Positions 31,896 through 40,722 of a stretch of DNA of 64,000 nucleotides are shown in pieces. Numbering within the stretch: position 1 is the stretch's first letter; the number at the start of each line of letters is the position of its first letter. This DNA is from Verrucomicrobiota bacterium. Lineage in GTDB: Bacteria; Verrucomicrobiota; Verrucomicrobiia; Limisphaerales; AAA164-E04. The position numbers and the translations under genes were made by a program. The stretch is taken from positions 2,048,001 to 2,112,000 of the forward strand of contig CP170459.1 of the NCBI GenBank assembly GCA_047947115.1. Reading direction: 5' to 3'. Under the pieces are notes generated by a model. The model did not search any database. It was not told the DNA's origin and saw nothing but the letters and a program-made list of their open reading frames with translations.

Positions 31896-33860
31896 TTATT
31901 CTTGTCTGGTGGAAGTATGCCCGAAGAATCGATCGACAAGTGCAGTGTCCAGAGGTCGTGTGATTTTCGAAACCAGCACGGTTGCAGCGAGGGAGCCGGC
32001 GATGTCCCACATAAAGGGTTGGATGCCGAGGAATGAGTAGACTTTGAACTCGTGGTGGATGACATACCCGGCTATGTAAAGAATCAGGTGGGTACCGCAT
32101 CCTCCCAGCATCCCGGCAATGATGCCTGTCCGTGTGACTTTCGGCCAGTAAAGTGCGAGGGCCATGGGGATCAGGAAGCAACCCGCCAGTCCTCCGGTTG
32201 CAAAGACAATCAGGTTCTGCAGGTACTTCGGCGGATTCAATACGGCCAATACCGCGGCGAGACCGATCAGGGTTGTTACCAGATAGGTCAGCCATTTGAT
32301 CGCTTTTTCTTTGGCGTTGGGATTGATGTGGTGTTGGTAAACATCGCGCACCACCCCGGATGAGACCATCAACAGAAAACTGTCCACACTACTCATCACT
32401 GCCGCAAATGGAGCTGCAACAATGAGTCCGGTCAACCAGGGCATGCCGGCATTGACCGAGAGGGTGCGGGCCATTTCAGGCATGATTCGATCGGGGTCTA
32501 TTTCCATGCCGGGCAGAATCACCCGCGCACAGCAGAATATTATGATCAATGGGAAATAAATGGCGGTGTAGTAAAGCGACACCACAATGATGGAGCGTTT
32601 GAGGACCCGGCTGTCGGTGAAGGCCATTTGGCGCACCATGTTGCTGGGCTGGCCTGCCCCGCCAAAAGCCCAGAAAACAAAGAAACTGAATGCCATGCCC
32701 AGAGAGAGAAAACCCACGTCTTCCTTGGGGTGTGGGCCGGGAGGTCGGACGTAAACACCTGTTTGCCCTGCGCCGCTGGCATAAGGCGTATTGGACACCA
32801 GTGTCACGGTTCCCCATTCTGAGAGGTTCAGCGATTGGTCGATGATTTTTTGTGGTGGATCCGGTTGGATCAGGACTTCCACTCCTTTCAGGTCAGCTTG
32901 ACCTGCTTTCAGAATGGTATGATCTGCCACGCGAAGAATCTGATTGTCAGATGATTTAATCCAAACGCCTTTGGGAAGAGCCACGTCCTCTTCCAAAGGT
33001 GATTTCCATTGAATATCCACTTTCCCCATTTGAGGAGGTTCCATTTTTGCCAATTCCACTGTGGCTTTGCTGAGACCTCCCACCTGGCTCAATACCAGCA
33101 CAAGCATGACCATGACTCCGATCACCATGACAATGCCTTGCATCACATCGGTCCAGACGACGGCACGAAAACCGCCGTAAGTCGTGTAAACAATGACGGT
33201 GCCTGCAAACAGGATCAGGCAAAGCAGGTAATCGGCGTCGGTTGCCTGCGTCAGGGCAAATTGACCTTTCCACCCGGCTACCCAGTTCACCGCGGTTTGA
33301 AAGGAATCGATATCCTTCAACAAAGTGGCAAGAATTTCGCTGCCGGCTTTGAATTGGGCCAACAGATAAAAGAACATGAAGAAAGTTAACAATCCTGTAG
33401 CTACCAATCCGACGGAAGGACTGCCGAAACGTTCCCTCAGGATGTCGGGAACAGTCACGGCATTGGCCTTTCTTGAAACCTGGTTCAGTCGTTTGGCAAG
33501 TAGTCCTGTCGTGACCAAAGGAACGATCATGTAACTCGCGATCCAAAGGGCGAGGATCCACCCGTGCGTATAGATCAACGCAGGGAACCCCATAAAACTT
33601 CCGCCCGACGCATTGGTGGCGGCAAACGTGAGGGCAAAGGCCCACATGCCCAGTCCTCGACTGCCGAGAAAGTATTCACTGACGAATTCCTTTTTGGAAC
33701 TACGCACCCTGCCGGCCAACCAGGCAAGCCCGAACACCAGGAGCATGTAAGCAAAGAAACTTCCGAGGGCGGCGTTCTGGCCCTGGGAGTTTCCAATGGC
33801 GTTTTGGATGAGGTTTTCTAGAGATTGCATGGGGTGTTTGCCGAGCCTTGCATGGGTCAA
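31896..33860 (-). CDS. Sodium:solute symporter (PanF/PutP-like)
   Basis: EYFLGSR, SGGSFMGFP, YTTYGGFRAVVWTDVMQG, AAVMSSVDS. Confidence 0.92.
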   Translation of the reverse strand: MTHARLGKHPMQSLENLIQNAIGNSQGQNAALGSFFAYMLLVFGLAWLAGRVRSSKKEFVSEYFLGSRGLGMWAFALTFAATNASGGSFMGFPALIYTHGWILALWIASYMIVPLVTTGLLAKRLNQVSRKANAVTVPDILRERFGSPSVGLVATGLLTFFMFFYLLAQFKAGSEILATLLKDIDSFQTAVNWVAGWKGQFALTQATDADYLLCLILFAGTVIVYTTYGGFRAVVWTDVMQGIVMVIGVMVMLVLVLSQVGGLSKATVELAKMEPPQMGKVDIQWKSPLEEDVALPKGVWIKSSDNQILRVADHTILKAGQADLKGVEVLIQPDPPQKIIDQSLNLSEWGTVTLVSNTPYASGAGQTGVYVRPPGPHPKEDVGFLSLGMAFSFFVFWAFGGAGQPSNMVRQMAFTDSRVLKRSIIVVSLYYTAIYFPLIIIFCCARVILPGMEIDPDRIMPEMARTLSVNAGMPWLTGLIVAAPFAAVMSSVDSFLLMVSSGVVRDVYQHHINPNAKEKAIKWLTYLVTTLIGLAAVLAVLNPPKYLQNLIVFATGGLAGCFLIPMALALYWPKVTRTGIIAGMLGGCGTHLILYIAGYVIHHEFKVYSFLGIQPFMWDIAGSLAATVLVSKITRPLDTALVDRFFGHTSTRQE

Positions 33861-34171
33861 TCTTGTTCCTCGGAGTTGGACTGGGAGGGATCTTCCAGCG
33901 GATCATCCTTCATGAATTTTGAAGCAAACCCGATGATCACGATATTTGCTCCCAGCCAGGGAACGGCAATGCCCCAGAACACCCACTTTGGAAATCCGAG
34001 TATGATTTCTGTCGGAGTATCTTGAGCGGCACCATAGCCCAGCCAGGCGGATATGCCGACCACCCACAGTGCAAATGCCGCCCATATGATGAGTATCCAG
34101 AATGTTTCGCGTTTGGAGTTTAGAAATACCGGGTCAATGGATTTAGGCGAATGATGAGGCATGGGATACAA
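33857..34171 (-). CDS. DUF997/YhdT-like small membrane protein
   Basis: Two TM segments, ILGFPKWVFWG, FMKDDPL; overlaps the symporter start, as in yhdT-panF. Confidence 0.8.
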   Translation of the reverse strand: MYPMPHHSPKSIDPVFLNSKRETFWILIIWAAFALWVVGISAWLGYGAAQDTPTEIILGFPKWVFWGIAVPWLGANIVIIGFASKFMKDDPLEDPSQSNSEEQD

Positions 34172-34177
34172 TTCGAA

Positions 34178-35323
34178 TCAAGGTTTCCAAATGGGCGTTT
34201 TAACTGAATACGCGAAGGATTCTCCACTCCAGTTCAACTCGGTGGTTTTCTCCCTCTCCATGGTTTGCATGTGGTTGATCAAGGTCTTCCATAGCAGTGT
34301 CCGTTCAAGTGGCCAGGCTGCCTCCTTGCCTTCCAGGAAAGGGATGATGCGTTCCATCAGGCGACTGTATTGGTGGTCGTTGGGTTTTGGTGGGCGATAA
34401 AATTGTGCCGACACCATATTGCCGTCCTTGGTTTGCGCCGCAAAATGATCGTCGTTCAGGACTCCGTCCATGGTGATGACCGTTGATTTCAATCCATCGT
34501 TATGCTCCAGGATCCAGGCTCGCGTTCCTTTTGCCATGTTGGGAATCATGCCCAGACCGACAATATCCTGAGTGCGCCCGTCGCTGGTTGCGTCGCCCAG
34601 TTTGCTGTTGGTGCGGGAGACGGCTGCAGAGAAAACGTCCCAGGAAAATTTCCCCTCGCGTGCCGCTTTCCAGACTTGGGCGCCTTCGAGGCGTTTGATG
34701 TTTGCGATACCGGATTCGCCGCCTCTCCGATGGGCGGTCAGTGCGAGTAATGCGTCGAGACCTTCCTGTTCGGCGTAGGGAAATGCTCCCCTCACTAAAA
34801 CGACCACTTCCTTCAAGTCGGCGCCGACCGGAATATTCCGTTCCGGCAAACGCCAGGTCCAGGGCAAGGGGGTGCTGAATTGAACTTGCATACGACTTTC
34901 TTTGACAAAGGAGGACATCACTTCTTGTGAAAGCCCTCCGGACGGACCCACAACCCAGCCTGGTTTGCTGGAGCCGTATTTGTCCGCAATTGAATGCGTA
35001 TACTGGGAACAGCACGCCCAACTGTCTTCTATGCCCGGCGCCAGAATCCAACAGTCGGCTTCCTCCAAGACATCTTTCATATCGTCGTGGATGACCAGTT
35101 TGGGAGTCCCTTTTCTGCTTTCCAATAGTTGCTTACGGGAAAGTCCGTGAACGAGAACAGATTCAAAAGGCGACTCAAAAAAACGACCTTCAGACGGCCA
35201 ACCCGTGAGGCAACGATCCAGGAGTTGTTGAGCGGGTGTATTCTGGTCGAGATAGACGCTTATTAATCCAAGTTTTTTCATGCTGACTGTTTTCTTTGTT
35301 GCATGTTGCCTGCTCTTATCCAC
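34178..35323 (-). CDS. Hypothetical protein, paralog of the upstream gene
   Basis: Shares PWTWRLP, RRGGESGI, EHNDGLK, PLERTLL with 35316..36638. Confidence 0.75.
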   Translation of the reverse strand: MDKSRQHATKKTVSMKKLGLISVYLDQNTPAQQLLDRCLTGWPSEGRFFESPFESVLVHGLSRKQLLESRKGTPKLVIHDDMKDVLEEADCWILAPGIEDSWACCSQYTHSIADKYGSSKPGWVVGPSGGLSQEVMSSFVKESRMQVQFSTPLPWTWRLPERNIPVGADLKEVVVLVRGAFPYAEQEGLDALLALTAHRRGGESGIANIKRLEGAQVWKAAREGKFSWDVFSAAVSRTNSKLGDATSDGRTQDIVGLGMIPNMAKGTRAWILEHNDGLKSTVITMDGVLNDDHFAAQTKDGNMVSAQFYRPPKPNDHQYSRLMERIIPFLEGKEAAWPLERTLLWKTLINHMQTMEREKTTELNWSGESFAYSVKTPIWKP

Positions 35324-36638
35324 GCCAATAAGTGGATAAAGGTTCGACCTGATATTGGACGTCCAGTTCCGGTGTGTTCAGTTTGACCTCTCCTCTGTAA
35401 AGCGATTCCACTCCGAACAAAGTCATGCCTGATGTCAGTAAAGTGCGTTCCGGCGGATAGGTCGCCTTGCCGGACAGAATGGTTTCTTCAATGCGATGGG
35501 AGAGGGGATTGAAGAAATCAGCTGTGGTGGTTTGTCTTGGAGGCATGGGAAGGTGCATTTGGCAGGAGGTGATCTTGCCATTGCCCATCATGCCGGCGTA
35601 AGTGAAATCCAATACGAGACCGTTCAACATGAACAATGTGGTTTTGAATCCATCGTTGTGTTCAATGAAATACGCAACGGCACCCGGGCTGGCTTGTTGT
35701 ATCCAGTCCAATGTAGGAGGTTTGAATGACCATTCATTGGGCGCCTTGCATTGGTGGCTGCGAGCTAGCGCGGCCATTAAAAGTTCGCGTGTAGAGTCCC
35801 GTTTCTCCAGCAATGGCCAGATATCAGCTCCACGCACTGCGTGAACGGATTTGACGCCAGTTTCGCCTCCGGCTCTCCGTTCGGACATGCACTGTGCGGT
35901 TTCCAAACCGTGAATGTCATAAGAATCGATACCGCCGTAACACACGCTGACGCTCTCATGCAGGTCGGCATTCCAGGGAATGTCCACCGACGGAATCCTC
36001 CAGGTGACCGGCAAGGATGAACCAGCCAGGAAGGCAAAATCGAGTCGTTTGGAATCTTCTACCATCTCGACACATTCATTCCAATCGGTAGAAAGATGTT
36101 TGTCGTTGAACACCGGAACAGATCGTCCGCTGCTTTCGAACACCTCGATCATCTCCTTGAAAAACCGGTAACGAGGATAACGTTTTTGACCTTTGTCGTT
36201 GTTTGGGTAGTCCCCGTGTTCGGCGATGATGATCACACCATCGACATCCAGCTTGTTGCCTCCCTGCGTCAATGCCTCGGCAATGGTGGGGTAGATGGGA
36301 ACTCCATGGCGTCGTTCACGGTCCCTCGCGAGGTCGGTCTCGGGAAACTGGTCGACATAGAGCGAGGTCAGCTTGATGCGCGGATAGTAATGTTCCCCAT
36401 GCCAACCGTAGCCTTCCAGTAATCGGTCGATAAAATGTTGGGCATGACTGTGCCTGCGCACCTCCGTGGCCAGCAATGCCACTCGGGGCGGGTTGCTGGG
36501 GTCCGGGTGCGATTTGCTGAACGCCGCGGACAATTGACCACAACCAGCCGCAACACTGGTCAGGGACAACGTTTTCAAGAACGTCCGACGATTCCACAAC
36601 GTGGAAGCCTGGTCTGAATATGGTATTGGATCATTCAT
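35316..36638 (-). CDS. Tat-exported hypothetical protein, possibly a remote Gfo/Idh/MocA-type oxidoreductase
   Basis: NRRTFLK; LYVDQFP, DGVIIIAEHGDYP, PVFNDKHLS, AGSSLPVTWR, YDIHGLE. The 588-aa track ORF is over-extended. Confidence 0.78.
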   Translation of the reverse strand: MNDPIPYSDQASTLWNRRTFLKTLSLTSVAAGCGQLSAAFSKSHPDPSNPPRVALLATEVRRHSHAQHFIDRLLEGYGWHGEHYYPRIKLTSLYVDQFPETDLARDRERRHGVPIYPTIAEALTQGGNKLDVDGVIIIAEHGDYPNNDKGQKRYPRYRFFKEMIEVFESSGRSVPVFNDKHLSTDWNECVEMVEDSKRLDFAFLAGSSLPVTWRIPSVDIPWNADLHESVSVCYGGIDSYDIHGLETAQCMSERRAGGETGVKSVHAVRGADIWPLLEKRDSTRELLMAALARSHQCKAPNEWSFKPPTLDWIQQASPGAVAYFIEHNDGFKTTLFMLNGLVLDFTYAGMMGNGKITSCQMHLPMPPRQTTTADFFNPLSHRIEETILSGKATYPPERTLLTSGMTLFGVESLYRGEVKLNTPELDVQYQVEPLSTYWRG

Positions 36639-36773
36639 GAGCCGAAAGTCGGTTCTTGTCTGGGATGTGTCCGGATAGTGCCTTGATAAGAGGGAAACGT
36701 CAATCGGAATGGGGCGGTGGCTGTCCAAACTATTTCCTTTCAAATTTTTCTCATGCTCGTAGGTTTCAATGCC

Positions 36774-38138
36774 ATGAAAAATCACCGCCATGATGCATTG
36801 CTCATCCGCCTTTGCTGTATGTTGTTTGTTTTTGTTTTCGTTGCAAAAGCTGAAGACTGGCCAAGGTTTCTTGGACCCACAGCGGATTGTATCTCTACTG
36901 AAACCGGTCTGCTGGATGAATGGCCCGAGCAAGGCCCGCCCCGAATCTGGAATAAGGAAATCGGCACCGGATACAGCGCACCTTCCGTCAAAGATGGAAG
37001 GTTGGTGCTGCATCATCGGCTCGGTGATGAAGAAATTGTTGAAGCCATGGATCCTTTGAATGGAGAAACGATGTGGAAGCACTCTTATCCTTCCAGCTAC
37101 AGAGATCCCTATGGTTACAACAATGGGCCACGTTGTTCGCCCTTATTGACGGAAGATCGTTGTTATGTTTTTGGCGCGGAAGGCAAATTGCTTTGTTTGA
37201 ATGTTCAGACGGGAGAAAACGTATGGATGAGAGACGTTTCCAAGGATTTTCAAATTCCCAACGCATTCTTCGGAGTGGGCAGTACTCCGCTGTTGGAAGA
37301 GGATAAATTAATCGTCATGGTTGGGGGGCAGCCCAATTCCGGCGTGGTTGCCTTCGATGCATCTACCGGCAGAACAATTTGGGAAAGTGTGGGTAAGGAC
37401 ACATGGGATGGCGAACGGAAAACCGGATGGCGTGGGGAACCGTTCATCCAGTGGCAGGGACTCGAGAAACAAGCATCCTACGCTTCCCCCGTGGCGGCCA
37501 CGATACACGGGAAACGTCATGTGCTGTGTTTCATGCGTCAGGGTTTGGTTTCGTTGGATCCTGAAACAGGTAAGGAAAACTTTCATTATTGGTTTCGGGC
37601 GACGGTCAATGAAAGCGTCAACGCCATGAATCCGGTGGTTTCCGGTGATACCATTTTGATTTCGGCTGCTTACTATCGAGTGGGATCGGTGTTGCTGAGG
37701 GTGGCCCCGGACGGAAGGTCGGTGGATCAGGTGTGGCGTTCGTTGGCCTTGGAAGTGCATTGGACCACGCCGGTCCTGCTGGACGGAAACCTGTATGCTT
37801 TCAGCGGGCGCAACGAACCGGATGCACGTTTTCGTTGTGTGGAGATGGCAACCGGCAAAGTGCACTGGGATCAGGACGAAAGCTGGCGCAAGAGTTACTC
37901 AGGACCGCCCGAAAAATATGGACGTGGTTCCGCCGTCTATGCCGATGGAAAACTCATCGTCATGGGGGAAGCCGGACAACTGGGTTTGTTCAAACCCAAC
38001 ACAACCGAACCCACCGAGATCAGCAAAATCCAGGTGCCCGAAATGAAGTATCCCTGCTGGACCGCCCCGGTGTTGTCTGATAAGAAGCTTTACCTCCGAT
38101 GTGAGGATCGCCTGATTTGTTATGATCTGAAAGAGTAG
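36774..38138 (+). CDS. PQQ-like beta-propeller repeat protein
   Basis: AEDWPRFLGP, GTGYSAP, GPRCSP, CWTAPVLSDKKLYLR. Confidence 0.9.
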   Translation: MKNHRHDALLIRLCCMLFVFVFVAKAEDWPRFLGPTADCISTETGLLDEWPEQGPPRIWNKEIGTGYSAPSVKDGRLVLHHRLGDEEIVEAMDPLNGETMWKHSYPSSYRDPYGYNNGPRCSPLLTEDRCYVFGAEGKLLCLNVQTGENVWMRDVSKDFQIPNAFFGVGSTPLLEEDKLIVMVGGQPNSGVVAFDASTGRTIWESVGKDTWDGERKTGWRGEPFIQWQGLEKQASYASPVAATIHGKRHVLCFMRQGLVSLDPETGKENFHYWFRATVNESVNAMNPVVSGDTILISAAYYRVGSVLLRVAPDGRSVDQVWRSLALEVHWTTPVLLDGNLYAFSGRNEPDARFRCVEMATGKVHWDQDESWRKSYSGPPEKYGRGSAVYADGKLIVMGEAGQLGLFKPNTTEPTEISKIQVPEMKYPCWTAPVLSDKKLYLRCEDRLICYDLKE

Positions 38139-38200
38139 ATGCGTAAGGGTTCGCACATCAGGAGTCCGGTTTCATTATACTCCCCGATGGTAGGATTACG

Positions 38201-38242
38201 CCAAGCGCCCTCTGGAGTGCGGTGTGCAGCACCGCTCTGGAT
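38201..38242. repeat. Solo REP-like element related to the 6.8-kb array
   Basis: TGGAGTGCGGTGTGCAGCACCGCTCTGG contains a GCGGTG..CACCGC hairpin, cf. TGGAAGCGCGGC..GCCGC. Confidence 0.45.
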
Positions 38243-38487
38243 ACCATAGGTCAAGGTTGCATCACCCTTACCACTCAGAACCAGTGCCATGTTCACCTCC
38301 TGCACCACAAACGGGGCTAATCGATCGGAGATTTGGGGGGATACTTGGCGAAATAAGCCTGTTGGACATGCAAAGCGTATACAAAGTAGTTCCGCTTTAT
38401 CGGAACACGTATTCTATAAAAGTAAGATGCTTGTAATGCGCTTGCCAAGTGATGATAGTGGAGTAAGTTGGTTCCCATTGTCGACTT

Positions 38488-39828
38488 ATGAAACGTCCTT
38501 TATATCTCAGGCTTGTTTGGTGGATTGCTGTTGTGCTTTTTCTGGCGCTTGGGGTTAAAGCTCTCCATAAAGCAAACCAGTCACCCTTTGGGCGCATTCA
38601 GGTAGGGAGGCCGATTCAAGCAGGGGTGATCGACCCTCAAGTAGTGGTGCATAGCAAATTCGTTGTATTTCTTTCTCCCGAACGCGAGTTGTATGTTTGG
38701 GGAGGGATTTCGGAGCATGACTCCACATTTGAGGTTTTGACGGGATACACCAGGCCTTCACTTGTTCCAATCCCGATTGCTCATGATTTTACCATTCGTC
38801 AAATAGTTGAATGTGACGCGCGCATCATTGCCTTATTGGATGATGGAACCATCCGTGTTTTTGGAGATCGTGTTGTTCGCAACAATCAAGTAGACCGAAA
38901 CCCTTATCAACCGTTTTCAGATTCCGGTTTCGTCGATATTTCCGCCGGAATCAACCATGTCGTCGGTTTGAAAGAAGATGGGACCATTTGGGCTTGGGGC
39001 AACAATGATTGGGATCAATTGGGGCAGGGACGGGCCAGAGATGAAGGGCTTCCTTATCCAAAAAAATCCTCGGCGCCTTTACGGGTTGGATTGGGCACCG
39101 ACTGGGCACAGGTAAAAACCATCCATTCGGAAACATATGCTCTCAAGAAAGACGGATCCCTTTGGACTTGGGGCAACGAGCCCTATTCCAATCCTGCGCC
39201 AGGAAATCCCAATGAACGTCCGCTCCTGTTATCCGATAAGGCTGGGTGGGTAAAATTGGCTCCCAGTTATAGAATGGTTTTAGGTTTACATGAAGACGGT
39301 TCCTTGTGGCTTTACGGAAATAATGTGCCGCGAAATGAGTTTTGGGAGGAATACGAGTATGTTGCTTCAAAAGGTTTGGGAAGGTTGGGGAAAGATTCCG
39401 ATTGGGTGGACATCATGGCTGGCGAATACCATATGTTTGCCAAAAAGAAGGACGGTTCCTGGTGGGGGATGGGTAGCAATCAATACAATCAATTGGCCCT
39501 GGATCCTGAGACCAAATTCAAATCCGACTTTCCTGGTTTCGTGACCAAATGGGTGAAACTGCCTGATTCCATCGATCCTTGGGCGATCGGATTGGGACTT
39601 CAAAATACGGTTTTGCTGACACGTGATGGCCAGCTCTGGAACAGTGGACGCATTTTGGGGATACCTGAGCGCAAATCCGTCTGGAAGGACTTTGCCAATT
39701 CATTCAATCGAAACGTTCCCATACTAAGGTTGCCCGTCCGGCTGCCGGAGCACCATTCCGGATTTCACCGGATATGGAGTTGGCCTCCGAAACCTGAGGA
39801 GTCGTTTTATTTCGAAGACGGCGAATAG
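38488..39828 (+). CDS. RCC1-repeat protein with an N-terminal membrane anchor
   Basis: ISAGINHVVGLKEDGTIWAWGNNDWDQLG, LKKDGSLWTWG, KKDGSWWGMGSNQYNQL. Confidence 0.88.
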   Translation: MKRPLYLRLVWWIAVVLFLALGVKALHKANQSPFGRIQVGRPIQAGVIDPQVVVHSKFVVFLSPERELYVWGGISEHDSTFEVLTGYTRPSLVPIPIAHDFTIRQIVECDARIIALLDDGTIRVFGDRVVRNNQVDRNPYQPFSDSGFVDISAGINHVVGLKEDGTIWAWGNNDWDQLGQGRARDEGLPYPKKSSAPLRVGLGTDWAQVKTIHSETYALKKDGSLWTWGNEPYSNPAPGNPNERPLLLSDKAGWVKLAPSYRMVLGLHEDGSLWLYGNNVPRNEFWEEYEYVASKGLGRLGKDSDWVDIMAGEYHMFAKKKDGSWWGMGSNQYNQLALDPETKFKSDFPGFVTKWVKLPDSIDPWAIGLGLQNTVLLTRDGQLWNSGRILGIPERKSVWKDFANSFNRNVPILRLPVRLPEHHSGFHRIWSWPPKPEESFYFEDGE

Positions 39829-39854
39829 TACATTCCAATCACTGGTTGGCAGAT

Positions 39855-40031
39855 TCAAAGTTTATCAGTGTCCACCCAGTTTGATGGATCCTTACACTGA
39901 CTGTTCTTACGAACTGTATTCCAGTAATCCTCATCAGATTCCAAATCGCGTTTGATCAAGTAAAACGAAAGTTCCTTTCTCTCATCTGGCGTCAAACTAT
40001 CGACCTTTTGTTTCAAATCTTCAGCAATCAT
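39855..40031 (-). CDS. 58-aa small protein, possible orphan antitoxin (not in ORF track)
   Basis: MIAEDLKQKVDSLTPDERKELSFYLIKRDLESDEDYWNTVRKNSQCKDPSNWVDTDKL*. Confidence 0.55.
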   Translation of the reverse strand: MIAEDLKQKVDSLTPDERKELSFYLIKRDLESDEDYWNTVRKNSQCKDPSNWVDTDKL

Positions 40032-40062
40032 TGCTTAATGACTATTTTGATGACAGAGGAAA

Positions 40063-40722
40063 TCAATGGGAAAGCGAAGTTCTGTAAGTCAAAGTCCAAT
40101 AATACTTGTAGCATTGAACCGTTGCATCCGTTGAGATTCCTTCGACTGCTTTCAGGAGTTCGGATTCGGTGGGGAAGTTCTTCATGATTTCGTGTTTGCT
40201 TCCGTTTTCCAACCGGCGGGTTTGGTAGGTGTTGCCGATCGAATCAGTTCTGGATATGGGGGTGCTGCTGCCTTCTGCGAAGACGTTGTCCATGCAAACA
40301 ACGATGGAGCCCGGTTTCAATGCGCTGTGAAAACTGCTCAAGAACTTTTGGATGTCGGGCTTCGAAATGTGGGACCAAAGAAAGCCAGCCAAACCCGCAG
40401 TGAAAGGTTGAGGAGGGAGGGGCAGGTTGAAGGCATCCTGGCAGTCGAATTTTACATGTGCGCCCAGTTTTCTTGTTCGCGCCATTTCCAAGGTGGCTTC
40501 AGTTCGGTCCTTGGCCCAGATGCTTGTGGCTGTTTTTGCAACGTATTGGGTCCAATAGCCAGTGCCGCAAGCTACTTCACATACGCGTTCATTCCGGAAG
40601 GTTTCCTCGATGAATGTTCTCAGTATCTGCAGTTCCGATTGGCGTTCGGGTTTGTCATAAATCCGATCATACTCGCGTGCACGAGCCGCGTAATATTGAA
40701 TCATGGATGAAGCTGTGGTCAT
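40063..40722 (-). CDS. Class I SAM-dependent methyltransferase
   Basis: YYAARAREYD, EVACGTGYWT, FLWSHI. Confidence 0.9.
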   Translation of the reverse strand: MTTASSMIQYYAARAREYDRIYDKPERQSELQILRTFIEETFRNERVCEVACGTGYWTQYVAKTATSIWAKDRTEATLEMARTRKLGAHVKFDCQDAFNLPLPPQPFTAGLAGFLWSHISKPDIQKFLSSFHSALKPGSIVVCMDNVFAEGSSTPISRTDSIGNTYQTRRLENGSKHEIMKNFPTESELLKAVEGISTDATVQCYKYYWTLTYRTSLSH

